This document shows positions 1-10,744 of a stretch of 64,000 nt of DNA, one piece after another. Positions within the stretch are counted from its first letter, which is position 1, and every line of letters starts with the position of its first letter. This DNA comes from Dokdonia donghaensis DSW-1 (GTDB taxonomy: Bacteria > Bacteroidota > Bacteroidia > Flavobacteriales > Flavobacteriaceae): the NCBI RefSeq assembly GCF_001653755.1, contig NZ_CP015125.1:3092194-3156193 (forward strand), read 5' to 3'. The notes beneath the pieces were generated by a model that was given only the letters and a program-made list of their open reading frames with translations, did no database searches and was not told the origin of the DNA. A program made the position numbers and the translations under genes.

Positions 1-345
1 CATAAGTAAGACCTCACTATCAAAAGGCTTATTAAGGTAATCATCTGCTCCTACTTTATATCCTTTAAGAACATCTTCTTTAAGCGCTTTTGCCGTTAAG
101 AAGATAATAGGAATTTCTTCATTCTTCTCTCTTATTTCTTTTGCCAGTGTAAATCCATCTTTGTAAGGCATCATCACGTCTAAGATACATAGATCGTAAT
201 CATCTTTTTTGAATTTTTCAAAACCTTCCATTCCATTCTTTGCGTGAGTGACGTCGTAGTCATTCATCATAAGGTAATCTTTAAGAACAGTTCCAAAGTT
301 TGGATCATCCTCTACTAGTAAAATCTTTTTGTTTTCAGTTTCCAT
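1..345 (-). CDS. Response regulator, partial; the N-terminal receiver domain is in the window and the C-terminus lies beyond the window start
   Basis: Reverse-strand translation from ATG (revcomp of cat at 343-345) gives METENKKILLVEDDPNFGTVLKDYLMMNDYDVTHAKNGMEGFEKFKKDDYDLCILDVMMPYKDGFTLAKEIREKNEEIPIIFLTAKALKEDV, a CheY-like receiver with the phospho-accepting D in DVMMP. It abuts the histidine kinase stop. Confidence 0.8.
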   Translation of the reverse strand, partial: METENKKILLVEDDPNFGTVLKDYLMMNDYDVTHAKNGMEGFEKFKKDDYDLCILDVMMPYKDGFTLAKEIREKNEEIPIIFLTAKALKEDVLKGYKVGADDYLNKPFDSEVLLM

Positions 346-346
346 A

Positions 347-1978
347 TTATAATGATATTAGTGGTAATTTGATTATGAATGTGCTCCCCATTCCTTTTTC
401 GCTTTCGACAGAGATTTCACCTTGGTGATCATCTACTATTCGTTTTGCATAGGCAAGACCTAAGCCGTGTCCTTTTACGTTATGTATATCTCCCGTGTGC
501 TCACGGTAAAATTTATCAAAGACTTTTTTCTGCACAGTTTTAGACATTCCATCCCCTTTGTCTTTAACCTTTATGATGATAGAATCTTTAGAGTTTTCTG
601 TATACACATCTATTTCTGGCGCTCTATCTTCTGGAGTATATTTTACAGCATTGTCCATTATATTGACTAATACATTTGTAAAATGTGACTCATTTGCAAG
701 CACTGGTGTGCGCTCTGCATCTAGATGTAGGTTTATATACCCACCACGATCTTCAACTAAAAGAAGTATGTGGTTACTAGCATCTTCAACAAGTTCGTGC
801 ATATCAAGGCGCTCCTTGTTAATATCTAATTCATTTTTTTCCAGCTTAGAGATGCGCAGTACATTTTCTACTTGACCGTGCATACGCTTATTTTCTTCTC
901 TTATAAGGCCTTGATAATAGCTTACCTTTTCTGGGTTACTAGAAATCTTTGAGTTTTTAAGTGCATCTAGCGCTAGGTTTATAGTAGCGATAGGTGTTTT
1001 AAACTCGTGGGTCATATTGTTTATAAAATCTGTCTTTATCTGTGATATCTGTCGTTGCTTATTGAGCTGGTGCAATGCACTTGAGTAGGCTATCACTATT
1101 ATAAGTGTAAAAATTATAGATAACCCTGCCATTCCTAATATAGAAGAGATAACAAACTTCTTCTCACCCGGAAACTGAACATATAATGAGTAATCACTTA
1201 CGTCTTTATCGTATAGAAATATAGGCTCGCTATATCCCGGTGCAGACTTTCTAAACTTAAAATCTTTAGATCGTACTCTTGTTAATAGATCATTACTATA
1301 TACTCCAAATTCAAAATCTGTTTCTAGATTGCGCTCTACAAGTTCTATAGTGAGAAGTTTACTAATTTCCTCTTCTGTAACCCGATTATGTATTGGAATT
1401 CTATTTGCTATATCACTTACTATTCCAGAAAATTGATATTTCTCATAATCAAGCAATCTTGAGAACTCTTGTATTCTATTTGATGTTGAGCTTTCATTAC
1501 CGTCTACACTACCCCTTTTTATAATTTGAGTAGATCTTCTGTTTGCATATCTTTTAAACTCTATACTATCCCCTTCTTCTCCTGTAACTCCTGGCGCTGT
1601 GATTTTAAAATCTTCTTGTAAAATGCCGCTACTGTATAAAGTAATCTCATTATTTACGAGATCTTCATTAATGTAAAAGTATTCTTCAAAAGACAACTCG
1701 TCTGGAAGCCCGATACTATCTACCATTTTCTGTACCGGATAATAGTAATCCTCTAGCTCTCGGTTTTCTATTCTATCTACCACAGCAGATAGTGCTTGCC
1801 TAGCGTTAAAGCTAAATTGCTCACGCTTAGCATCTACACTACTAGATATCCAATAGCCTTGTACAAATATGATACCTATGAGCGACAAGCTCATAAGCAC
1901 AATTAATAAGTAAAATAGTTTTTTATTCACTACCCAAAAATAAGATTTTAACATTTCAGGCGGTTTCGGTTTAACCAA
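347..1978 (-). CDS. Sensor histidine kinase (two-component system)
   Basis: One N-terminal TM segment and another around residue 270. H-box HEFKTPIATI. HATPase_c G-boxes DKGDGM and GHGLGLAYAKRIV...GMGSTF. Directly upstream of the response regulator. Confidence 0.85.
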   Translation of the reverse strand: MVKPKPPEMLKSYFWVVNKKLFYLLIVLMSLSLIGIIFVQGYWISSSVDAKREQFSFNARQALSAVVDRIENRELEDYYYPVQKMVDSIGLPDELSFEEYFYINEDLVNNEITLYSSGILQEDFKITAPGVTGEEGDSIEFKRYANRRSTQIIKRGSVDGNESSTSNRIQEFSRLLDYEKYQFSGIVSDIANRIPIHNRVTEEEISKLLTIELVERNLETDFEFGVYSNDLLTRVRSKDFKFRKSAPGYSEPIFLYDKDVSDYSLYVQFPGEKKFVISSILGMAGLSIIFTLIIVIAYSSALHQLNKQRQISQIKTDFINNMTHEFKTPIATINLALDALKNSKISSNPEKVSYYQGLIREENKRMHGQVENVLRISKLEKNELDINKERLDMHELVEDASNHILLLVEDRGGYINLHLDAERTPVLANESHFTNVLVNIMDNAVKYTPEDRAPEIDVYTENSKDSIIIKVKDKGDGMSKTVQKKVFDKFYREHTGDIHNVKGHGLGLAYAKRIVDDHQGEISVESEKGMGSTFIIKLPLISL

Positions 1979-2000
1979 ATGTTAACAAGCGGTAGTTATG

Positions 2001-2600
2001 CTATGCCCAACCCTTATCTAGACGCACCATAATATGGGTGTGAATGCGTGATACAGCGTTTTTTGCTTCTTCAAGTTTTATATTTTCTACAACGACATCT
2101 GCCATTGCAGCCTTACGATCATCAGACCATTGCGCTTTCATTCTCTTAATTACCTCATTTTCGGTCGTATCGTCTCTTTTTATAGTACGAGCAATACGCT
2201 CTTTTAATGGAGCCGTTACAAGTATGGTAAAGTCACATAAATTATACCCCCCATTTTCAAATAAAATTGCAGCTTCTTGCATAACATATGGTGCATTTTG
2301 AGCTGCAACCCAGTCTTGAAAATGTTTTCTAACTGCAGGATGTACTATAGCATTGAGACTAGACAACATTTTTTTAGAGTTAAATACTTTACTCGCTATG
2401 TAAGGTCTATTAAGTAAACCTTCCCTATATGCTTCTTCTCCAAAAAGGTTAATGATCTCCCTTTGCAATTCCTTGCTTGTGTTCATAAGGCGCTTTGCCT
2501 CATCGTCTGCAATATAAATCGGTATTCCTAACTCTTTAAAAAAACCTGCAATCGTCGTTTTACCGCTTCCTATGCCACCTGTAATACCTACTACTATCAT
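2001..2600 (-). CDS. coaE: Dephospho-CoA kinase
   Basis: N-terminal P-loop MIVVGITGGIGSGKTT at CoaE length (199 aa). Confidence 0.88.
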   Translation of the reverse strand: MIVVGITGGIGSGKTTIAGFFKELGIPIYIADDEAKRLMNTSKELQREIINLFGEEAYREGLLNRPYIASKVFNSKKMLSSLNAIVHPAVRKHFQDWVAAQNAPYVMQEAAILFENGGYNLCDFTILVTAPLKERIARTIKRDDTTENEVIKRMKAQWSDDRKAAMADVVVENIKLEEAKNAVSRIHTHIMVRLDKGWA

Positions 2601-2602
2601 AA

Positions 2603-3547
2603 CTAATTAATTACAATAAACTTTACTTGCTTGTTTATAAGTCTCGCGACCTTTACAGTGGCTGGCGCCTTTGCTATTTTTAGAGGTAAGTAAGCATCAT
2701 TATCTGTAGCGTTTTCATAGTCACAGGTAACGAGAAAATCTGATGGGGTGATTTTATCAAAATTTTCGAGTTCTACTATATAGCTTACTTCTGCAGTTTT
2801 AGGCAAAATTTTAACCTGCGTATCTAAATCATTGAGTATGGTAATAGGCACTATTATTTTACCCTCTGTATACTTAGCCACATCTTGTACTATATTTACC
2901 GCTATTTGCGACAACCGGACATCTTGAGGCAGCTTTTGAGTAGATAGTGCTACTTCTTGCGCTATCTTTTTATCTACCTCCATAAGTTCTTTTCCTATTG
3001 TAAAAACTTCTTTAATTGATGTTATAGAAGTTGCTGGCCCCACTACAGTAATACTATCTGGCTCGATACGTAACTTGCTTTTTGCTCCATAACCTGTTTT
3101 ATAGGAAACAGCAACATTAGATTGTACCGGGATACGTTTTGACGCTACAGAATCCACAGCTATACGTATTTGAGGAGGAACGATTGCAAGTACATTACTC
3201 GCATTATCTACAACTTCTTTTTGTGAAAGTGATCTTGCAGTTACTGTATATTCATATATATGAGACTCTACGCTCTGTAGCTCTGTAAAAGGCACTTTTA
3301 ATGTAGGCACCTCTATTGCGTTTGTAAGTAAGGAAAAACCAGAACCTTCTGCACTTACTTTTACATAGGCAGGTGTTAACTCTTGGATTGTTCGGTCTAT
3401 GGGGACATCTACCACTTCTATGGCTACCTCAAATTGCGTTTTATATGTTTTAGATAATTTTATGAGGCCCGCAATGATAGTAGTAAACAGCAAGAAGAAT
3501 AAAAACTCTCTTGCAGTCACGCTGTTTATTTTAATTCCTCTCAACAT
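2603..3547 (-). CDS. YbbR-like domain membrane-anchored protein
   Basis: N-terminal TM anchor then a beta-rich repeat region. Composition and length resemble YbbR/CdaR-like proteins. No catalytic motifs seen. Confidence 0.45.
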   Translation of the reverse strand: MLRGIKINSVTAREFLFFLLFTTIIAGLIKLSKTYKTQFEVAIEVVDVPIDRTIQELTPAYVKVSAEGSGFSLLTNAIEVPTLKVPFTELQSVESHIYEYTVTARSLSQKEVVDNASNVLAIVPPQIRIAVDSVASKRIPVQSNVAVSYKTGYGAKSKLRIEPDSITVVGPATSITSIKEVFTIGKELMEVDKKIAQEVALSTQKLPQDVRLSQIAVNIVQDVAKYTEGKIIVPITILNDLDTQVKILPKTAEVSYIVELENFDKITPSDFLVTCDYENATDNDAYLPLKIAKAPATVKVARLINKQVKFIVIN

Positions 3548-3556
3548 ATATGGTAG

Positions 3557-4573
3557 TTACTTTTGGGTCTCTAATGTACTAAAAAAAAGATGTGGATAAC
3601 GCTTTCGCGGAAGCTGTCTCAACCATTTTACTGCTATTGTAGAAGATAGAAACCCCGTACCATAGCCATAAAACTGAATGCCGGTTGCAACAATACTTAG
3701 ACAACCTATCATAAGGCTTTTATTTATGATACTTGAGTGCACAAAAATAATCGCAACATACAATGCGTAAAGCTTGAGCAGTATTGTATTACCAAGCAAT
3801 CCTATCATCAAGCTTGCTACTAAACCTATGATAAACAATGTAGGAAACCAGAAAGTGAGCTTTGCAGTACTAGGGTGCCATAAATTAAGTATAGGTCGGA
3901 CTAGTCCAAACTTATGGACTTGAGTATAAAATTTTTTCCAAGAGATGCGACGTTTATGATAGACAAAAGCCTCTGGTATAAGCGCCGTTTTAAAACCTAG
4001 ATCCCATAATCGCAATACAAGATCTGGATCCTCCCCGGGATGAATATCTCCAAAACCTTTACTAGCTTGAAAAGCCTTTTTAGACAATCCCATATTAAAA
4101 CTACGAGGTTGAAATTTTCCGGCATCTTCACTTCCGCCGCGTATGCCTCCAGTAGTAAAAAACGAAGTCATACTATAACTTATAGCCTTCTGCAAGTTAG
4201 AAAAGTCTGGATGTGCTGCATCTGGACCGCCAAAACAATCTACATATTGCTCCTTTAACTTTTTATCCATCACCTCAACATACTGTGGAGGCAACATACA
4301 ATCTGAATCTAGTATGATAAAATAATTCCCTCTCGCTCTCTCCATCCCATAGTTGCGAGAACTCCCTGGACCTGAGTTAGGCTTTGTTAAATAGGTAATA
4401 TCAAGATCTGGATAAGCATCTATGACTTCTTTACAGGGTATGCTAGAGCCATCTTCAATAATTACAATCTCATAAGGAATAGCAGTTTCTTGCTGGTTAA
4501 AACTAGCAAGGAGTTCGGCCACCTCATCTGGTCGATTATAAACGGGAATAATAAATGAATATGAAAGTTGCAT
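3557..4573 (-). CDS. Glycosyltransferase family 2 with C-terminal TM domain
   Basis: SFIIPVYNRPDEVAELLASF...IIEDGSS and DSDCML are GT2 DxD/ED motifs. The ORF track start at 4627 is probably an N-terminal extension, so I place the start at the MQLSYSFIIP methionine. Confidence 0.72.
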   Translation of the reverse strand: MQLSYSFIIPVYNRPDEVAELLASFNQQETAIPYEIVIIEDGSSIPCKEVIDAYPDLDITYLTKPNSGPGSSRNYGMERARGNYFIILDSDCMLPPQYVEVMDKKLKEQYVDCFGGPDAAHPDFSNLQKAISYSMTSFFTTGGIRGGSEDAGKFQPRSFNMGLSKKAFQASKGFGDIHPGEDPDLVLRLWDLGFKTALIPEAFVYHKRRISWKKFYTQVHKFGLVRPILNLWHPSTAKLTFWFPTLFIIGLVASLMIGLLGNTILLKLYALYVAIIFVHSSIINKSLMIGCLSIVATGIQFYGYGTGFLSSTIAVKWLRQLPRKRYPHLFFSTLETQK

Positions 4574-4656
4574 ATAAAACAAAGCTAAGACATCCCTAGA
4601 GGCTAGGCAATAAAAAACCACCGACATATAGACGGTGGTTGGTATGGGGTTGATTC

Positions 4657-4672
4657 CGCTTTCGCGAAAGCG
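4657..4672. repeat. Iterated palindrome copy (CGCTTTCGCGAAAGCG), intergenic, immediately 3' of fabI
   Basis: Perfect 16-bp inverted repeat containing the core GCTTTCGCGAAAGC. Confidence 0.9.
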
Positions 4673-4681
4673 TACTAAAGT

Positions 4682-5509
4682 TTATTCGTGTCCTTCGGCT
4701 TTCATAAATGCTTCCATCACCTCGTTGCTCACTCCGGTGTTGCTGAAACCTCCGTCATTATAAAGGTTTTGCATTGTTACACGCTTTGTAAGGTCTGAAA
4801 ATAGTGAGATGGTATAATCTGCACAGTCTTGTGCCGTAGCATTACCTAGCGGGCTCATCCTCTCTGCATAAGCGATAAAACCGTCAAAACCTTTTACTCC
4901 TTGACCTGCCGTAGTAGGTGTAGGTGATTGTGATATTGTGTTTACACGTACGTTCTTTTCTTTACCATAAAAGTATCCAAAACTACGTGCAATAGACTCT
5001 AAGTATGCCTTATTATCTGCCATATCATTATAATCTGGAAATACACGCTGCGCTGCCATATAGGTAAGGGCTACGATACTTCCCCACTCATTCATCGCAT
5101 CTTGCTTGTAGAGTGTTTGCATTACTTTATGAAAAGACATTGCAGATACATCTGTACCTTTTTGTGTCCAGTCATATTTTTGATCTGTATAAGCACGACC
5201 TTTACGTACATTTACAGACATCCCGATAGAGTGCAGTACAAAGTCTAACTTACCTCCTAGTATTTCTTGTGCTTTTGTAACAAGGTTTTCTAGATCTTCT
5301 AGCGATGTAGCATCTGCAGGAATAATTTCTGACCCTGTCTTTTCTGCAAGCTCGTTAATCTGTCCCATACGCATAGCGATAGGTGCGTTAGTAAGTACAA
5401 AAGATCCTCCTTCTTCGTGTACGCGCTCTGCTGTTTTCCAAGCGATTGAGTTTGCATCTAATGCTCCAAAAATAATTCCGCGTTTTCCTTTAAGTAAGTT
5501 ATAACTCAT
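4682..5509 (-). CDS. fabI: Enoyl-[acyl-carrier-protein] reductase (NADH)
   Basis: MSYNLLKGKRGIIFGALDANSIAWKTAERVHEEGG is the FabI N-terminal NAD-binding signature. Y..K catalytic region at SDR length. Confidence 0.9.
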   Translation of the reverse strand: MSYNLLKGKRGIIFGALDANSIAWKTAERVHEEGGSFVLTNAPIAMRMGQINELAEKTGSEIIPADATSLEDLENLVTKAQEILGGKLDFVLHSIGMSVNVRKGRAYTDQKYDWTQKGTDVSAMSFHKVMQTLYKQDAMNEWGSIVALTYMAAQRVFPDYNDMADNKAYLESIARSFGYFYGKEKNVRVNTISQSPTPTTAGQGVKGFDGFIAYAERMSPLGNATAQDCADYTISLFSDLTKRVTMQNLYNDGGFSNTGVSNEVMEAFMKAEGHE

Positions 5510-5599
5510 AATAACAGTAATGGTTTGATGTATTCTAGTTAGGTTTTCGGCCTGCGCCGTTATGGAGGTGTAAATATCGTGGTTTCTGCTTAAATCACA

Positions 5600-7252
5600 C
5601 TAGTTTAGTAGATTTTTTGCGTGGGCAATTGCCGCGTCGCTGTGCTGGCCTCCGCCTAGCATAGCCGCTATCTCCACAATACGCTCATCTTCATCAAGTC
5701 TTTCTATATAAGTCTGTGTGCGCTCGTTTGTATCTTTTTTGTACACTTTAAAATGTGAAGCGCCTTGACCCGCAATTTGAGGTAAGTGTGTAATACTTAC
5801 AAGTTGCATAGTACGACCCATTTTCTTTAAGATGGCTCCCATTTTTACAGCAATTTCTCCGCTCACACCAGTATCTATCTCATCAAAAATGAGTGTAGGT
5901 AATTGTTTATGTTTACTAAGCACAGACTTAAGGGCTAGCATTACTCGAGATAACTCACCTCCAGAGGCTCCTTTGCCTAATGGTTTTAAATCACTCCCCT
6001 TATTTGCTGAAAATAAAAACTCTAAGCTGTCTGTTCCTGTTGCTGTAAGAGTATCTTGAGAATCTAACTGTACTGCAAACTGTGCATTAGGCATCCCAAG
6101 TTCAACAAGTAATTTTTGTACTAGTGAGGTAAGGTGTGGTATTGCAGCAGCACGATCTTTATGTAACTGAGAAGCCAGTGCAAATGCAGTTTCCTTTTCT
6201 AATTGAATCTGAGCTTCTAGTGCTTCTATCTTATCATCTACCCCTGCGATATCTTGTAAATCATTATCTAGCCTGTCTCGTATCTCAATAAGCTCCTCTA
6301 CACTGGCTACCTGATGCTTTTTAATGAGCGAGTGCAATAATTGCATACGTGTATTGAGTCGTTCTAGCGTAAGTGGATCTGCATCTACATTATCAGAAAC
6401 TTGACTAAGTACTTCTCCTATATCTTCTAGTTCTAGTAGTGTACTATTAAGTCGCTCATACAATTCTGTGTATTGAGCACCATAGCTATTTAGCCTACCT
6501 AGTGCTGCTCTGGCAGCAGCAAGTTGATCTATAGCTCCTGTTTCATCTAGAGATATATTTTGTGCGGCTGTAGCCAGCTGCTGCATAATCTCATCTGCAT
6601 TGCTTAATGTGTTAAGCTCCTCTTCTATCTCTGTATACTCTCCTACCCTTAATGCTGCCTCGTCGAGCTCTGTAAAAAGAAAAGATTGATAATCATACTC
6701 TAGCTGGGCTTGCTTCTTTTTTTCTAAAAGTTCGACCAGGGCCGCTTTTGAAGCCTTCCACTGAGTGTAAGCCGTTCTATATTTTTTTAATAATGCCACA
6801 CTGTTTGAGAACGTATCAATCATCTCAAATTGAAAATCATTTTCTACCACCTGCAGCGTTTTATTCTGGCTATGTATATCTACTAGCCTAGCACCCAGTG
6901 TGGAAAGTTGTGCCAGTGTTACGGGCGTATCATTTATAAAGGCTCTACTTTTTCCAGAAGGTAAAATTTCCCTTCTTATAATAGTAGACGCATCATAATC
7001 GAGATCATTAGCCTTAAAGAAAGTTTTGAGGTGGTAGTCACTTATAGCAAAAACACCCTCTACTACACATTTTTGAGACGCATCTCCTGCGCTAGACATA
7101 TCTGCACGTTTTCCTGTAATAAGACCTAGTGCTCCTAGTAATATAGACTTACCAGCACCTGTCTCTCCAGTAATAACAGTAAACCCTTTATCAAACTGTA
7201 ATTGTACAGATTGAATAAGTGCATAATTTTTTATAGAAAGAGAAGTAAGCAA
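5600..7252 (-). CDS. recN: DNA repair protein RecN
   Basis: N-terminal Walker A GETGAGKS, central coiled coil, and C-terminal SMC-like signature and D-loop (LIFDEIDTGVSG). Confidence 0.9.
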   Translation of the reverse strand: MLTSLSIKNYALIQSVQLQFDKGFTVITGETGAGKSILLGALGLITGKRADMSSAGDASQKCVVEGVFAISDYHLKTFFKANDLDYDASTIIRREILPSGKSRAFINDTPVTLAQLSTLGARLVDIHSQNKTLQVVENDFQFEMIDTFSNSVALLKKYRTAYTQWKASKAALVELLEKKKQAQLEYDYQSFLFTELDEAALRVGEYTEIEEELNTLSNADEIMQQLATAAQNISLDETGAIDQLAAARAALGRLNSYGAQYTELYERLNSTLLELEDIGEVLSQVSDNVDADPLTLERLNTRMQLLHSLIKKHQVASVEELIEIRDRLDNDLQDIAGVDDKIEALEAQIQLEKETAFALASQLHKDRAAAIPHLTSLVQKLLVELGMPNAQFAVQLDSQDTLTATGTDSLEFLFSANKGSDLKPLGKGASGGELSRVMLALKSVLSKHKQLPTLIFDEIDTGVSGEIAVKMGAILKKMGRTMQLVSITHLPQIAGQGASHFKVYKKDTNERTQTYIERLDEDERIVEIAAMLGGGQHSDAAIAHAKNLLN

Positions 7253-7361
7253 TGATTTTTAGATTTAGTTAAAATAAACGCACAAAGTAAGATATAATAC
7301 TCAACAAAAAATTCCCGTTATACGGGAATTTAAAATTAAGGATTGTCTTTATTATATACTA

Positions 7362-8252
7362 TTAAAATGTGATTTGTCTCCAGTAATTTGATTTTGTTGG
7401 TGCTACCTGATTAAGTACCTCTACAAGAGATTTTACATTTACAGAAGGACCCCCAGAAAAGATAGAAGCAATCTCCTCTCCCTTAGTATCAAAAAATACA
7501 CGGGTTAAAAAATTATTAGGCCTCTTATTGTACATAGACCTAAATTGAGATAAGGTAGTTGCAAGTGTTTGCTTGCTACGCTTTTTATCTTCACCCATAA
7601 AATCAAGACCTGTACGATGATACGTGTACATTATACCTGCAAACTCTCTAAAGTTAGGAGAAAGTAAATCTTCATTTAACCTATATCTAGACTGCGACCC
7701 GTCTTGAGGGTTCCATCCCGTCTCACTACTAGGCTGTGCAGTAGTAACTATTTGCTTTGCAATCTGAAAATACCCATCACCGTCATTGAGCTTAAAGGTA
7801 TTTGCATCCATACCTAAGATAGTATAAGCATAAAAAGCAATTACAGAAACTAAGTTTGAGTCAAAGGTATTAGGATTAAAAATAAGCGGCTGAAACTCTG
7901 TGTACTCAAAATCAAACTGCTTATCATTAAAGTTAAACGTAGGTGTATCATAATTAGAACCAAAAACTGGTCGTGATGCTCCTACTTGTACGCTTGCGCG
8001 AAAGTTGTTACCATCCTGCTGAGTAATAATTACATTAAAAGAACAGTCTATACGTTCTTGTTGCTTAAAACGTTTATCTGTCCACTTTGTGGTATTTATA
8101 AACTCTGTAAGTGAGCGTTCTAAAGTTTTAAAAACTTGTAAATCTGCTTTATTAGTTTGCTCTGCGTTTATAATCACAACAGCATTAAGCTCTTGTGCTA
8201 CAAGGTTAAATGAGCAAAATAGAACCACTAAGAATGTAAGTACTCTCATCAT
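7362..8252 (-). CDS. Secreted hypothetical protein (DUF4835-like; typically between coaBC and recN in Bacteroidota)
   Basis: Signal peptide MMRVLTFLVVLFCSFNLVAQ. No catalytic motifs. The position is conserved in Flavobacteriia synteny (inference). Confidence 0.45.
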   Translation of the reverse strand: MMRVLTFLVVLFCSFNLVAQELNAVVIINAEQTNKADLQVFKTLERSLTEFINTTKWTDKRFKQQERIDCSFNVIITQQDGNNFRASVQVGASRPVFGSNYDTPTFNFNDKQFDFEYTEFQPLIFNPNTFDSNLVSVIAFYAYTILGMDANTFKLNDGDGYFQIAKQIVTTAQPSSETGWNPQDGSQSRYRLNEDLLSPNFREFAGIMYTYHRTGLDFMGEDKKRSKQTLATTLSQFRSMYNKRPNNFLTRVFFDTKGEEIASIFSGGPSVNVKSLVEVLNQVAPTKSNYWRQITF

Positions 8253-9454
8253 ATTTTTTCGGCTATTTTATCAAATATATCAATAGACACTTCGGCTTTA
8301 GTCTTTAAATCATACTCCGTAACCGAACCGTCTTTTTCAATAAACGTAATTTTATTGGTTTTGGTCTGAAACCCTGCACCTTTATCTCGCAAAGAGTTTA
8401 AAACAATCGCGTCAAGATTTTTCTTCTCGAGCTTTTTCTTTGCATTTTCTAACTCATTTTGAGTCTCTAATGCAAAGCCTAAAAGATATTGATCTTTTTT
8501 AATAGTTCCCAGTGATGCAAGAATATCCTTAGTTTTTACTAAGTCTATTTGCATCGAAGTGTCTTTTTTCTTGATCTTCTCCTCTGCTACTTGCGCTGGC
8601 TTATAGTCTGCCACCGCGGCTGCTGCGATTGCTACATCTACCTTATCAAATACGGCGTGTGCAGCATCATACATTTGCTCACCAGAGACTACATTATGCA
8701 CTGTAATTAAACTATGATTTACTTTTATAGCACTAGGTCCCAGTATAAGATCTACTGTAGCGCCTAGAGCTGCTGCTCTTAAAGCAAGCTCGCATCCCAT
8801 TTTACCACTACTGTGATTTCCTATAAAACGTACGGGATCTATTGCTTCATAAGTAGGTCCTGCTGTAATCATCACACGTTTACCTCTTAAAGGCAACTTA
8901 CCCATTACATCATTCTCAATAAATGTCAAGATATCCTCTGGCTCTGCCATACGTCCTTTACCTACCAGGCCAGAAGCAAGTTCACCACTGGTAGCCTCTA
9001 TCATTACATTACCGTAAGACTGCAGTTTCTGAAAAGAATTTGTAGATGAAGGATGGATATACATATCAAGATCCATTGCTGGAGCAAAATACACAGGACA
9101 CTTTGCACTTAGGTATGTGGCTAGCAGCAAATTATCTGAAGCCCCATTTGCCATTTTTGAAAGCGTGTTTGCTGTTGCAGGAGCTATAACCATAAGATCT
9201 GCCCACAGCCCAAGCTCAACGTGATTTGTCCACACCGCATTATCATCACCCTCAAGTGTAAATGATGAGTGCACCTCATTACGAGAGAGTGTACTTAATG
9301 TAAGCGGAGTAACAAAGTCTTTTGCCTTCTCTGTCATTACTACTTGCACAGAAGCGCCAGCCTTTATGAATGCTCTCACAAGACTGGCGCTTTTATATGC
9401 TGCAATGCCAGCGGTTACTCCTAAAAGTATTTTTTTACCGCTTAATACTGACAT
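8249..9454 (-). CDS. coaBC: Bifunctional phosphopantothenoylcysteine decarboxylase/phosphopantothenate-cysteine ligase
   Basis: N-terminal flavoprotein domain KKILLGVTAGIAAYK. C-terminal CoaB domain with GKMG motif. 401 aa. Confidence 0.9.
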   Translation of the reverse strand: MSVLSGKKILLGVTAGIAAYKSASLVRAFIKAGASVQVVMTEKAKDFVTPLTLSTLSRNEVHSSFTLEGDDNAVWTNHVELGLWADLMVIAPATANTLSKMANGASDNLLLATYLSAKCPVYFAPAMDLDMYIHPSSTNSFQKLQSYGNVMIEATSGELASGLVGKGRMAEPEDILTFIENDVMGKLPLRGKRVMITAGPTYEAIDPVRFIGNHSSGKMGCELALRAAALGATVDLILGPSAIKVNHSLITVHNVVSGEQMYDAAHAVFDKVDVAIAAAAVADYKPAQVAEEKIKKKDTSMQIDLVKTKDILASLGTIKKDQYLLGFALETQNELENAKKKLEKKNLDAIVLNSLRDKGAGFQTKTNKITFIEKDGSVTEYDLKTKAEVSIDIFDKIAEKI

Positions 9455-9458
9455 CTAT

Positions 9459-9797
9459 CTAGTCGTTACTTTTTTCTTCAGTAACAGATGGATCTCTGTG
9501 GTAAATACGATCTTCTAACCACTCTTGCACTGCTAGTGCGTGAGCCTTAGGAAGGCGCTCATAAAATTTAGACACCTCTATTTGCTCTTTGTTTTCAAAG
9601 ATTTCTTCAAGACTATCATTAAACGTAGCAAACTCATCTAGTTTTTCTGAAAGCTCCTTCTTGATCTCTGTATTGATCTGTGAAGCACGTTTTGCAATTA
9701 TAGAAATTGCCTCATAGATATTATCCGTAGGGGCATCTACAAGATTCTTGTCAATAGTCGTTGTGCTTAAAGGTGCATCTAAGTCCTTAATATTCAT
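9459..9797 (-). CDS. rpoZ: Putative RNA polymerase omega subunit (Bacteroidota type)
   Basis: YEAISIIAKRASQI resembles the omega-subunit core helix. Located between bamD and coaBC as in many Bacteroidota. Confidence 0.5.
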   Translation of the reverse strand: MNIKDLDAPLSTTTIDKNLVDAPTDNIYEAISIIAKRASQINTEIKKELSEKLDEFATFNDSLEEIFENKEQIEVSKFYERLPKAHALAVQEWLEDRIYHRDPSVTEEKSND

Positions 9798-9808
9798 AAT
9801 ATTCTTCT

Positions 9809-10621
9809 TTAATTTAAAGTTTCCATTGCAAGCAGCGCTTCATTTATAGCTGCTACTTCTTCTGCTGCCTGCTCGCTATACTTTCCTCCTGGAAAATACT
9901 TTTCTAAGGCGTTATATGCTTCTTTTGCATCCTCAAGTCTTTCTGCCTTACGACGTCTTACACTCCCTAATGCTAGTTGATATGCAGAGTTAAACTTCCA
10001 GTACAAAGCATCTTCACGATACTTAGACCCTGGGAAGTCTAGTAAAAAGTTATCAAACGCTTTTATCGCATTTGGAAACGTTACTCTACTCTCTCCTATT
10101 TTATTATATCCTTTTGCAATCTCGTAAGCTTTGAGCTCTATCTTCTGGTTAAGCTCCTGCACCTTAGCATTAGCATCATCAAGACGCTCAGAATCTGGAT
10201 ACTGATTTATAAAATCTTGAAGTTTACCCATTGCTATATACGTATCTCCTTGATCTAAGTTAAATCTAGGTGATCTATTATAATAGCTTTCTGCGCTTTT
10301 ATAAGCTGCCTCTTCTCTCTTCTCACTCTGAGGAAAAGATTTTACAAAACGCTCAAATTGATACCCTCCTTGATAATAATCTCCTAGCTCGTAAAATGTA
10401 TTTGCATAAAGATATGACACACGCTCTGCTTGAGGGCGTCCTCTGTATAGCGGCACAATCTGCTCCCAAAGCTTTAAGGCTTTTTTGTATTTACCTTGAG
10501 AATACAAGGAATCTGCAAATGTGTACTTTGCTTTAATATCATCGTTTTTAAGAACATCTTGATACGCCGAACAAGAGCCCAATAAAACAACTGCAACTAG
10601 TAGGAAAAATATATTCTTCAT
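9809..10621 (-). CDS. bamD: Outer membrane protein assembly factor BamD-like TPR lipoprotein
   Basis: Lipoprotein signal LLGSCSAYQ. Multiple TPR-like YxxA/LxxG repeats. Conserved position upstream of rpoZ-coaBC. Confidence 0.65.
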   Translation of the reverse strand: MKNIFFLLVAVVLLGSCSAYQDVLKNDDIKAKYTFADSLYSQGKYKKALKLWEQIVPLYRGRPQAERVSYLYANTFYELGDYYQGGYQFERFVKSFPQSEKREEAAYKSAESYYNRSPRFNLDQGDTYIAMGKLQDFINQYPDSERLDDANAKVQELNQKIELKAYEIAKGYNKIGESRVTFPNAIKAFDNFLLDFPGSKYREDALYWKFNSAYQLALGSVRRRKAERLEDAKEAYNALEKYFPGGKYSEQAAEEVAAINEALLAMETLN

Positions 10622-10744
10622 AAGGGTTAAAAACAGCAGGCAAAATTACGTAAAATCAATCACATAACATAACTTAATTAATATAGCCCAAAAATAAACG
10701 CTTTCACCCTAGCATTTATTTTGTTAGCATACGTTTAACAACTT